Origin: Nemertoderma westbladi
Taxonomy: Eukaryota > Animalia > Xenacoelomorpha
DNA length: 64,000 bases
Assembly: GCA_032718475.1 (NCBI GenBank)
Contig: JAUCBJ010009018.1
Location: 1,096 to 65,095, forward strand
Direction: 5' to 3'
The notes beneath the pieces are model-generated. The model was not told the DNA's origin and did not search any database. It saw only the letters and a list, made by a program, of their open reading frames with translations. Of the stretch, positions 1 through 11,800 are shown piece after piece. Numbering within the stretch: position 1 is the first letter of the stretch; every line of letters starts with the position of its first letter. Made by a program: the position numbers and the translations under genes.

Positions 1-446
1 GTACCGGTGCGGTAACAAAACAAATAAGGATAAAATATAAAGAATGAAGAATTGAAATAATGAAATCTCCAATATACAATAGATCTGCATGTTATTGTTG
101 TAACTACCCGTACCTAACTAAGTTATTATTGCTGGAACACAACCAATAAGAAATTAATCTGCAGGGCTGGAAGTTGTGTGTCTCATAGAGGCCACAAACA
201 ATCCATTTACGTCATAAAACCAATCACAAATCAGCATCTATATCATTGTTAAAGTTTTCCACTTGGCTAAGGTAAGCTATTTTTAGATATCCAATCAAAT
301 AATTCACGGCTATATTCGAGTTTGATTTCAGTTTTCAACAGAAAACTGTTTGCACGAGTTAACTCGGGTTAGTCTGAATTATCCATTTTCTTGAACCCGA
401 ATTTATTCGGGATAATTCGTTAAGGGGTTAAAACAAAATAATTATT

Positions 447-575
447 TATTACATGGGGAAAAATAGTGGAACTTTTTTCACTATTCTCGAGGCATTTTAT
501 TTACTGAGCGCAAGCAAGGTTAATAAAGGGTCAAGAGAATATTGAAAAAAAGTTCCACGTTTTTTCCCCATATAA
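447..575. repeat. Short inverted repeat / MITE-like hairpin
   Basis: atggggaaaaatagtggaacttttttcactattctc ... gagaatattgaaaaaagttccacgttttttccccat are imperfect reverse complements. Confidence 0.6.
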
Positions 576-1434
576 TACATAACCTTAAATTGGTAATTTT
601 TGTTGCTCAATTCTTTAATATAAGATAGAGCGATAGTGTTACAAAATATATTGAACTGTATAATATTTTACTATATTGCTTCCATAGTTACTGCAATTCA
701 AATTACTGAAGCCTACTTTTCAACTCCTGATGCTGTGACTGTCTTACTCAATGTTAAATAATTTTGTGTTCTCGAATAATTGTTATTACGTAACTTAAGA
801 GCCGCTTAACTACTTAAACCAATATTGGATATTGAGTTCCGTTTTGGTGTTCGCCGCACAGACACTAAAGTTGTAATAACTTTTGAGTGCGTGCACATGG
901 ATTTTGGTTAAATTACTTTCAACCATTTTCTACGTCAATGATCTTTCACCACATGTAATAAAATTTAAGAAATTCCATCAAAAATATTTTAAATTTCTTT
1001 TTTCGCCGCGAAAAAAGTAAAATCAATGCAATCCTATGGGTTACTATTTTCCATAGGGGAACAAGTGAGACGTATTATTCCAATTTTGGGGTATGTTCGA
1101 GCGAGAAAGTAACAATTTTATATTTATAAAATATAACATTTTCATGCGGATGTTATTTTAATAATATTGTAAATTTTTATTAAATTTTTTACAACTAAGT
1201 ATTAATATTTAAAACGAGTAACTATACAGTAGTATGTCTAGGCTAGTACTTTAATATAAAAGTTCGCAAAAAATTTCAATTGAACAAATATTATTGATTT
1301 AATTATTTGAATTGAATTCTACGTTTTTTTTTAGAGAAATCCAGTTCTTAATTAATTACTGTAAGTACTCAATTCGATAGTAGTTTTAACAATATCTTTT
1401 TCCACATGCTATCAGTAACAATAACAACGACACT

Positions 1435-2015
1435 ATAGGATTAGGCCTCACATAGAGAAACTACTGCGTAAGAGCCAAAACGGATTTCGACCAAGTAGAT
1501 CAACAATAGCTCAGATACTTGCACTACGGAGACTGATTGAAGGAATTAAGTCGAAGAATCTCCCGCAGTCATGACTTTTGTGGACTTCAAGAAGGCATTC
1601 GACTCCATCCATAGAGGCAAGATGCTTGAAATCCTAAGAGCTTATGGAATACCAGAAGTAATTGTTGCTGGCATTGGATTGTTATATTGTGACACAGAAG
1701 CGCATGTATTCTCACCAGATGGTGAAACTGATTTTTTCTCAATCCTGGCTGGGGTACTGCAAGGTGATACATTAGCACCATTACTATTTGTAATTGTGCT
1801 GGATTTCGCAATGAGGACAGCCACAAAGGGTGAAGATCTGGGATTCACACTTCAAGAACGCAGAAGTAGTAGATATCCGGCAACTACAGTCACAGACACC
1901 GACTTTGCGGATGACATCGCCCTGCTCTCTAATACCCTAGCAGATGCACAGCTTCTACTAAATAAAGTGGAGAGGGCTGCTAAGGAGGTTGGATTGCATA
2001 TAAATGCTACCAAGA
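1435..2015 (+). mobile_element. RTE-clade LINE reverse transcriptase fragment
   Basis: QNGFRP, FVDFKKAFDSI, GVLQGDTLAP, DFADDIALL and GLHINATKT RT motifs. Truncated after domain 6. Nearly identical to the inverted copy at 54070..55085. Confidence 0.92.
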
Positions 2016-2450
2016 CTCTTGTGCACTTATATCTACAGATCTACGTTTCAGCACAGAGTTCTACCGACGAGAAACTCTCTCTGTATTACTGTCTCGGTTG
2101 TTATAAGCAACTTTTCCGATGGCCACGACTGACAGAAGTCGTTGCTGCGTTTCGCCGTTCTCCGGATTCAACCACTAAATAATGGTAATTTAAAGAAGGC
2201 CCGCCTCACCAACTCGTTCGGAGAGTGGTTGAATCCGGTTTCTGAAAATATGAGAGCCAGTTGGAGTTCTTGTCCCGTCATCTGGAACTTCATTGAGGCT
2301 CTAAAACGTACTCCAAGTTTGACTACCTGTTGGCGATACAGGGATTCCCGAAGATGCCGTATACGATCTTGAAACTTGAAACGATTTTACCATCAGAACG
2401 AAAAATGCGATCTCTAAAACAGGCAGGAAATAGTCGAATCTTAAAATAAT
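2016..2450 (+). pseudogene. Possible MULE/Mutator-type transposase C-terminal remnant
   Basis: Degenerate translation RLTNSFGEW...SSCPVIWNFIEALK resembles the PRTNNxxEGW...HPxIWxFIExLK tail of MULE transposases. Confidence 0.45.
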
Positions 2451-2983
2451 GGTGTATAAACATTATTTTGGTTAACTACTGGTGTGTGAACGTACATTTA
2501 TTTTATTCATATGTGTTAATCTTAATGCGTCATTAAATAAACTTCAATCTGCCTTCAAGAAAGTACGTACACCTGTGGTAGATACTGTTTAATTTGTTTT
2601 TGTTATACATTTATTTTTTATGGTTAATTATACTTGTTAACTGTACAGCAATTTTATTATAGGCTTTTGTAGTATGTACAGCATTACATGCAAAGTGCAC
2701 TTGGCAGTATTATGAGTTAACGACTCTTGTCGGCTTCAATTATAGCACTGATTTGCTTCGCTTGTAAAACGAAGTCACTATACCACGACAAAGTTTTCAA
2801 TGCCAACTACTACTTAACACGCAATGCTGTCAATAGTTATAGCGGCTGGATTTTCCAAACCCCTCCTGTAAAAATGTATAAATGGAACATGTTTTACATT
2901 AAATGTATATAAAACATGTTCCATTCATTTAAATTAAATAAAGCAGATAGGGAGGGGGGGGGGGGGGGGGAGAGGGGGGGGAG

Positions 2984-3173
2984 GACTGGACGCAATAAAA
3001 ATACATCCCTCTCCAGGGGAAATTCAACGCAAATATAAAACTGTAACCTGTTTTATTGTGTTTAGTTTATTGTTTTGGTTAAAATAACGTACCACTGTAA
3101 CATGCTCCTTTCCCTAAATTGAGAATTTAACATTGAAGCGGGATAGTAATTCGCCAAGATGGGTTTTGCGTCC

Positions 3174-3177
<4 letters not shown>
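2984..3177. mobile_element. MITE family 1, copy 1
   Basis: TIRs actggacgcaa / ttgcgtccagt inside poly-G/poly-C runs. Close copy at 42704..42917. Confidence 0.75.
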
Positions 3178-3212
<35 letters not shown>

Positions 3213-3577
3213 TGTCTCAAATAAAGACCATCAATTTTATGGTCTTTATTTAATTTAAATGAAATACTTATGTTGACTTTTTGATTTCTTGTTTAATTAG
3301 TGTTAGATACTATATTTTTTATTCTGATGTCTAAATTTGCTGATATTGAGAATTATAAATTAATAGATACACTGTGTTTTATTTCATTATTCATATTGTT
3401 TTAGTGTGAAACGCAATTTGTATATATAGTAATAAATGTTAAATAATAATTGATATATTCTTTTTATTCGAAAATGAAAATTTATGAAACTCAGGCAAAT
3501 CAGGATCTAGATATAATGACGTATAGATAAGACCGGTGAGATTCAGTCCGTCCATAGAAAGCAGCATATGAGATAGG

Positions 3578-3650
3578 AAGGCGTTCATAAAGTAGGTCAC
3601 GCAAATTTTACAGATTTTTGACCCCCCACCCTCTGTCACAAAGTGTCATG
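3578..3650 (+). mobile_element. DNA-transposon/MITE end fragment
   Basis: aggcgttcataaagtaggtcacgc...ttttgacccccaccctctgtcaca matches the element end at 63903..64000. Confidence 0.5.
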
Positions 3651-4456
3651 CAAGCTCGACAAAACTAATGACCTTAAACAAAAATTAGATTCATCTTGAT
3701 GTTTCATTAAAAATTGGAAGAATATAACACCCGTATAGTCACCATATATTCCGAAGTCAATACAATATAATATTTTCAAATTACATGGTTGAGGCGTACT
3801 AATCTTTCTAAGTGCCTCTTTAAAACTTGTTATACCCTCTAAAACTAAGTAGTTGTACTTATAAATACATTCAAAGCCCTTGCTAGAAACTTTCTAAGCT
3901 TTCAAAGTATATGCATTAAACTTGCTATACTTAGTAGAACTACGTAGTTGCACTTAAAGATATGTTAAGTACTTACAACATACTTGGTCCACACCATTGC
4001 TAAAACTTAAAAGGCTAGCTTTGCAAATATCGCAAGTTATTTAAATAGGGCTACCGCCTATTAACCCTTGCCCCTTAACCCTTATATATCCATATAATAT
4101 CCCTTGCTTTTCACCAAGATAAATTATTCAGACTTTCCAGTACCTAGTATATAAAATAAAGTAGGTACTCGTGACCTCGTACCCGATCTCGTGACCCTGA
4201 TCTTTTCCCTAACCTTTTGGAACTATAGCACCCAGTGCATTATGTGTAGCAGAACTACCCTCTCTAGCCTTAGATGTAGCAGAACTACAATACAGGCCGT
4301 CCTATTGTTATTTTGACAGCTGTAGTGAATAAGCTAATACTGTAGTTTAATAGTTTAATTTAATAATAATAAGCTAAATAGCTGGGTCTATAGCGATAGT
4401 TTTAACCGAAATTCCGTCCATCTTCAGGATTTTATACAGTATCTGCAAATGGATTG

Positions 4457-5690
4457 TGTTCGCGCTTTTGAAGACCTTTAGCAGTTTAACCTGCCAAAAT
4501 TTATATGTCTTTTAGTTAATTAACACACCTTTAGCATACGACAATATTTTATGCTAATAAACAAAACATTAGCCGAAGCCAGCCCATGCGCGATCATTCA
4601 CCCGATGGATCTACACCCGGGAGGCTGAATTCGGATGCTTAGATTTTATTATTGCAGTGTAAGGTTGCAGTGTAAACCTATTGTATTATTCGATAGATCA
4701 CTAATATGTAATTTCTGACAGATATTATTAACTTTCGGGAAATATTAACAGTTCCTTTAGGACGTGGCGCTCTATCTATTTAAACAGAGCTAGGACTTAT
4801 ACTAAACGCAACGATAAGGCTTATGATTAAAGTATAAGTCGCATTCTTTAGGAAATGCTTTGTTACCAGTCACATCACACTCACAATCATGCACACTATT
4901 CTGCCGACCGTCAGTATATTTGATCACACATAAAGAGAACAGCAATTGACTCAGGTAGTGTCTACTAAATAACATTAGATTCAATACACACCACATTGAT
5001 ATAAATCGCAATTGTTATATATAGCCCGCCTCTCTAACCTGTAGTGTATCAAGAAAATTGGGAATTTTGGGTGATTTATCCGTATTCTCCAAAGAGCAAT
5101 ATTTCCATCAACAAATAGATACAATTAATAACTGACGGTAAATAGCAGTACAAACAATATGATTAGTGCAGTTAAATTAAGTGAGGTAACACCGCCGGTA
5201 ACAGTTATACTTTCTATAATCTAAGCAGTTTTACTAGAGTTCTTCCCAAAAAGCCGGTGTTTCTGGCTTAGACAGCAATAACAACAAAGTATCAAGTAAG
5301 GCAGTAAGACTGAACACTCTCCTTATGATCGGCTGAAAAGCTACACGTCGACAGGAAAAATCGCTCTGATTGGCTCAAGCCAAACAAAGAACTATGCGTC
5401 CAATGGCTGTTTCCATGTCAGCAACCAGCTGTTAGATGTCGTAATATGAATCATCACGGCTAAGCTGTGAAAGGTAGTTGGTGCATTACAGGTTTTTTGC
5501 CTTACCATGTCCGCCAAAACACGTATATAGCAGAATGACTTTTATGTCCGTTAAAACACCTGTAACGGTACCTTGCGGGCGAGGGGAATATATATACAGT
5601 TAGAGAACCTTTTTAGAGTATTCCAGCGCCTGGGGGGAAACTGGATTGCGAAGCAAAAGGGGCCAGTTATATCCCACAGAAGCTTTTACA
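4457..5690 (-). repeat. 3' LTR of element A
   Basis: Direct repeat of 15351..16584 with about 6 differences counted by eye. Reads TGTAAAAGCT...GCGAACA on the minus strand. Confidence 0.97.
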
Positions 5691-5700
5691 CCGCTCCCAG
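5691..5700 (-). promoter_or_regulatory. Polypurine tract of element A
   Basis: CTGGGAGCGG immediately before the 3' LTR TG; identical to the site in element B. Confidence 0.75.
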
Positions 5701-5768
5701 AAAATGGGATTTAAGTCTATAAAATATACAAAATCACAGTTTCTCAAATACGAAAATACTCTAAACAG

Positions 5769-7218
5769 TTAGTCTTTCATGCGCGGACGGCGTTTACGCA
5801 GTTTTTTAAAGCTAGCCAGAGTCTTTTTCTCTTTGGGGCGAGCCACTTTACAAGGAGGGCTATAACTCCTGGGTGAAGGGTGCAACATGATTGCATCAGA
5901 GGGTATAGGATTATGGTCGGTGTATCCGCCAGTCGAAGTGCCGAGTTGATTGACATCAACGTCCGGGGAGAGGGGTCTAACGGCTTTGAGAGCTCGTTTC
6001 AAGACAGCCGCTCTTACGGGTCCTTTACGAGTGGTCTGAACGAGGGCCGTGGGTGGACCATAGGCAGTTAGAAACTTCCTTGGTTTAATGGTTCTTTCCA
6101 ACTCGCGTTCGCGGGCTCTGTACTCGTAAGGCCGTCGATATACTTCCTGTAACTCAGGGTGTGAGTTGACAAATAAGTCTCCATAGGCTGGATCTTGACG
6201 GATAAAGTTTATTAAGTTATACGAATTGATGTCACTCGGATTAATGCTCCTGAGGAATTTGCGTACATATTTGGTTGAAATACATTCTCCAACGCGCTTC
6301 AATAGTTCATAACTTGATAGGCGCGATTTCTGCTCGACGGAGGCAAACAAATATGGATGGAACGCATAAACTCCTTCGTAGGCGCGTCCAGGATAATAGC
6401 GATGGCGTGAATCACAATATAAATCAGTGTTCGCTTCCCAAGCTCTAATGTAACGTAGTGTGATCATTTCATCTACGCTTTCCAAATCGCGATTAAAAGG
6501 GCAATCGAAACTGGCGTGTCCCTTTAGTGGACAGTGGTGACATTGAGTCATAAATTGAGGGCAAACCGCAAAAATATGCAAATTATTAAATCTGCAATAC
6601 GCTCAATAAATTTCCATCGCCGGTTGTTCGTGGAAATAGGAACAGCGGACGTTTGTGTCCATGGGCGTAACATGGTCTCTCGATGCGCATAACCGACAAC
6701 GTTGCCGAGAAACATAGTTGGCATGGCGATAATCGTACGCAGTGAGACACTGTGGACCTTGATACCATTCTAGGATGTAATCGTTGTCGCTGTTCCGAGC
6801 GCGATAGGCTGAATCTCCTCAGATTCTAGGCATATTGGTTCGTCTTCCCAGTCTGTTACGAATAGAATTTTCGTGATCTATTCTCGGTTTATCGTTACGA
6901 CTCCGCTGGGTATGATATTTAAATAGAACCATTTCCCTTTAGGGTGTCTACATCGTCCGTATCATGTAAATCGATAGGATGGCCGGTAGTTAAGAAGTCC
7001 ATATACGTACCATTACGATGCGTATAGCGAGCGGTTAATTTTCGATAGTCCAATTCACGCGTAAGTTGCTCTTGGGACATCGGCGGTTCGATATAACGAC
7101 CATCGTCCTCCGTAATAGTCGGATCGGCTTCACCGCGTATCAAGCTATCCACAAACGCTTGTAAAGGTAGAGTATATCGCTCTCTAATACCAAGGTCATC
7201 TTCTATTAATTCCGTCAT
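5769..7218 (-). pseudogene. Deleted and frameshifted remnant of the extra ORF (ORF2) in element A
   Basis: 6919..7218 matches the N-terminus and 5769..6850 the C-terminus of the 1417-aa ORF at 32043..36296. The junction near 6850 removes about 2.8 kb, including the exonuclease domain. Confidence 0.93.
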
Positions 7219-8844
7219 ATCTGCTATCTGAGTTTATTAATATTAGTATGAGTCAATATTTAGGCAAGCGGGCGTCGCTGCCTACTAGTCTTTGACCCCG
7301 GACAGTGGGTTTCTCAGCGCCGATGTACCGTTGTCGCGGTGTTTGCGCCAACATGTAGCAACAGCACGACAACGATAATCGACACAAGTCCCACCACTGT
7401 CCGTCCCAAAGGCTTGAATCCACTTGAGGTTATCTCGGTAGAGTTAGGCTACTTTACAATTGCGATTAGCTACTGTAAACACACTTTAGTAGTATCATTC
7501 ACCTATAAACGCACAAATTCCATACAATCATTACTTACTGCACACATGCAAGCCATTTTGTCCGTTAGTCATTGTCTTCCAGAATGTCACGTTATTACTA
7601 TGTATCCTTGGATACTAATAGTGCGCTATGTATTCTCTTATGCTACGCAATGGGGCAAGCTTTTTATTGTTCCTTTAACTTGTTTCTAATTCTAGCGTGG
7701 GTGTTGCCATGGTGACATTATGGAAAACTAGCGGTAGAATTAGGATAATTCTCATGCATACAGATCTGGGATGTTATTTAATAGTAATTCTTTAATTGTC
7801 AATATCCTCTTTATGCATGATTTTATAAATTTTATCGGCTATTGACTATATGTTGGAGCTTCTCACACTCTAGTACACTCAATATGAATCTCCGCTCCCA
7901 TGATCTATTAATTACTGGAATTTTGGGAATGTTGTAAATTGCACAAAATGACAATTTATGAAATTCATTCGAATATGAATTTAAATTTATTCCCGTGAAT
8001 TTTATTATTTGATGTTAAAATTGACACAATTTGATTCCAGAGCAGGTCTGGGGACATAGGATCCTGAATTCTATGAAATTTGTCTTTTTAAGAGTATCGG
8101 TAAGTGCTGCGATATCTTAATTGACTAGAAATTTTAAAGGATCGGAATTCTACAGATTTTAATAAATATTAAATTAATATTTTGGATGGGCACCGATTTA
8201 TTCCAGAACTTGTCTGGGGACGTTAACCACTGATTCTAGAATTTGTCTTTCAAGTATATCGGTGGGTGCCACGATATCTTAATCGACTAGAATTACAGAT
8301 GGTCAAAAAGTTTAACAGATTTATTTGCGATTTACGCTACTGTTAGAGGGACATCACGCTACTATATGTATTATTTGAAATAAGGTAGAAGAGCAATATC
8401 GCACGAAGCAATGTCAGTGTGAAGAGGCAAGTCGTTTCCAAGGTCTACCCAGAGCTTGGTTTAGCCGAGACACGAGGATCTGAACTTTGCATTCCTAATA
8501 CTCTGCCTACCAATAATACTTAAATATAGTAGTGGCTTTATTGTACTTTAATAAGTACGGACATTTCATCTTACTGTAGTCACGTATTTATAATATGATA
8601 CGGACAGTAAGGAAAGAGAAAAAATAATTATTTCTCGCCGTCGCACTAAATATATATTATAAATAATTACGTACGTAATAAACACTAATATATTGCACTA
8701 ATCTACTAAATAATCCCTAAAATAACCTTCTACTAAATAAAATTAAAGAAAACGATTATAATAAAATTACATAATAATACATACATAAATATAAAATAAA
8801 AACAAATATAAAATGATATAGTCACACGCCCACTCCACATGCTA

Positions 8845-11800
8845 TCACGTTATGGAGTCCCTAGATATTTGTCGGATTAGGGAAGTAGTCGTAGGAAGAG
8901 TATCTTGCCTTCCATAGTTTCCGGACAGTTTTCGGTCTCTTTCCAGTAAACATAAACGACTAGCTGGGCGATTGAGTTGTTGTGGTACTTTCTCCGCTCC
9001 CTTGGCCTGTCTACTCTCTGCCGTGGTAAGATGAGGAGGCCATTCTTCTTCTTCTTTACTTAAGGAGTCGGATCCACCTAACCAGCCTGGAGTATCTATC
9101 AGTTCTTGAGGAGTTGCTCCTCTGGAAGCGATGTCGGCTGGATTAATCGTCCCAAGGCAATGTCTCCATTGATCTACATTGGAGTTAATATCGTCATTAT
9201 CTGAGGAGTATGGTGTTCCCTCAGTTGGGTCGTCCACATCACTGCTCTCCACTTCCCCCTTTACTTGGTATACCTGTTGTTGAGGTAATCTCTCTTTGAG
9301 AGTTCTACGGGAAGGGCCAGTGAAGTACCAACCTACTCTAGTTCTTACCGCATAGGTTTGTAGTGGCTGTGGTTGAGCAGGCCGTTTCTCTAATGGCTCG
9401 AGCGCCTCATGCGCGTTTTGGCCGATGAGTATTTGCACTCCAGGATAATCGGTTTGGAATCGAGGTATCTCAAGATGTTGGATGCACTCGTCCTCGTCCC
9501 AGTTATAAGGTTCTGCTTGAGTAGTAGCAAAGTTCTTTATAGCCACCATTTTTACTGACCTTATACCTTGTGTTCCTAACTTATCCTGGGGGGTGGACAA
9601 CACACCTACATAGTAATCTGCCGTTAGGGTAGATTTCCAAACCTGCATAATTCCTGACATATTCAATTTAGTCCGGAACTTGGGTTGTCCAGCAAAGATA
9701 TCTTCGGCTAGTTCTTGATCGATGAATGTTCCTGTGCTGCCGGAGTCAAGTAGGGCGTTCACTATGTAACTCTTGTTGGGACCATGAACTCGAACTTGCA
9801 CTACAGGAAATTCTCTTATTCCTATGTTGGAAGTTGGAACTTTCCAAGATGGTTGTTTGTCAAAAGGAGTTGGAGTAAACTCGTCAGTGTCCTTTTCATC
9901 CGTAAGTGCTCGATACACTGTGGTATTTATTAGATAACAGGACTCGCCGGCATCGGAGAATTCGTCTGTATAGAATCCCTCCCACCCAGAACCCCGGTCA
10001 GTGCCGTTCACATCACTGAACTGGACATGTAGTTCGGGCTCACTTACCTGACTCGGGTTGTCTCGTTCGAACTCACTGTGTAACAAGATGTGATGTTTCG
10101 CGTCACACTTTGCACACTTTACGTCGGAGTAACAGGTTCGCCGTTGGTGTCCTGATCTGAGGCAATTATAGCATAACCGCTTATTCCACAGGACTGTACG
10201 TCTGTCTACAGGGGATTTCTTTAGAAATTCAGCACACGCACTCAAACGGTGGGGCCCGTCGCACAGCGCACATTTTGGTTTGATGTTACTCACCTTACCT
10301 TGGGTAACGTTATGCACTCTCGTTCTTTCTTCGGGCTTTCTTCCGTGAATTCTCTTAGGAGACGTAGGAGGAGTTGTTGTTACCTGTTCTCTCCTGTCAC
10401 TGATTCGAGACTTGTATTTACTTACGTCTTTATAGGTCTTGTTGTCATAGTAAGATTTTGCTGTGTCTTTCCCGCTGTCCTCTTCTTGAGAAGCTTGGCT
10501 CTCGCCGTCGTCAGTGTAACACACTGGTATTATCCTTCTCCTAGAAACGGGTTTCTCACTTACCTTATTTTCCGATGTTTTCTCTCTGGCCTGCTTGATG
10601 AGTTGTAGTTTTACCTCACCATCTAAGAAGGACATGAGATCAGCCATGGTAGGACTTCGTCGTTGTTGTTCATTCATGTACAACACTTTCTTGTCCCAGC
10701 GTGTACATACTCCACCCTTTGGTAAAGTAGAGACTACGGCTCCAATAACCATGGAACTCTGATATTCATGCAACTTACCTAACCAGTCCAGTTGTCTACA
10801 GATCTCTTGAATTTCATCGGAAAACTCTATAATCCCGCTACTAAGGAAGTGTCGGGGGGCTACTAATTTTGCATACAAATACTTAGCTATGTTATCTTTG
10901 TTACCATACCTGATGTTTAATGTATCCCAAACTTGTCTTAATCCATCTGGATGTCCAATAAACTTTAACGCCATTAACTTGGGAGGTCCTTCCAAGCACT
11001 TGATGAGGAATCTAAGTTTTTCTCCGTTAGATAGTACAGAGTTCTGTATGCTATCTTTGTAATATTCGTTGAAAGGTAACCATTTCATCTCATCTCCATT
11101 GAATTTGACGATCTCTCCCACTTTGACCGCTTGGCGGGCTTCTGTTCTAGCCATCTGACGCGTAAAGCTTTCTTGGGCCATCGTGTTATTTAATATCGAA
11201 TTATCGGTATATAAAGTTCTCGGATCATTATCAGGTCTATAGGGAATATCATTAATAACAGGTCTATAATCACCCTTAATAGGGTTTGCTATAGGAGTTT
11301 CAACTTCACTAGCAGTATAGATGCGTGTAGGCTCCACACCTTGCGCATGTAATACTTCAGACCTAACAGGTTGACACAATGTTACAGGGGGTATTGGTAT
11401 GCCCTTTTGTATATTGACTAATTTGTCGCGTTCTAGCGCGATACTTTGCTGCACTTCTTGCAACTCTGCTCTACCTTCCCTCACTGTTCCCTTAAGTTGG
11501 TGGACAGTCTCCTGCATCTGTCCCAGCAGGAGATTCATCCCCCGCCGTCCCTCTTCCACCCACTCAACCGCCGAAGCGGGAGTCGCCAACATTGTAGCGG
11601 GCTGACGCGGGACGACGGGAGACAAATCTTTGATTCCTCTCTCAATGCTCAGGACAGGGGTGTTTGCATGGACTGTTCCACCGGGTACAGGCAGTGTAGT
11701 ACTATGTAAAGGGAATTTAGAGTTAAGCTCTGGAAGTACAGGGGTCTCTAACACAGAAGTGACTTTGGGAACGACAGGCCTAATTATTTCAGGCTCATCA

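Noticed and set aside
3176-3212. Long poly-C/poly-G runs as functional G-quadruplex elements
   Set aside because: They are associated with MITE ends and scattered through the window; homopolymer lengths are unreliable and nothing else supports a function.
4802-5011. Duplicated small ORFs (69 aa here and at 15696..15905; 63 aa at 19130..19321 and 36561..36752)
   Set aside because: They are duplicated only because they lie in LTRs, and they are not conserved between A and B.
8960-9200. Element A deletions as products of spliced RNA
   Set aside because: The corresponding boundaries in B do not show convincing GT...AG pairs.
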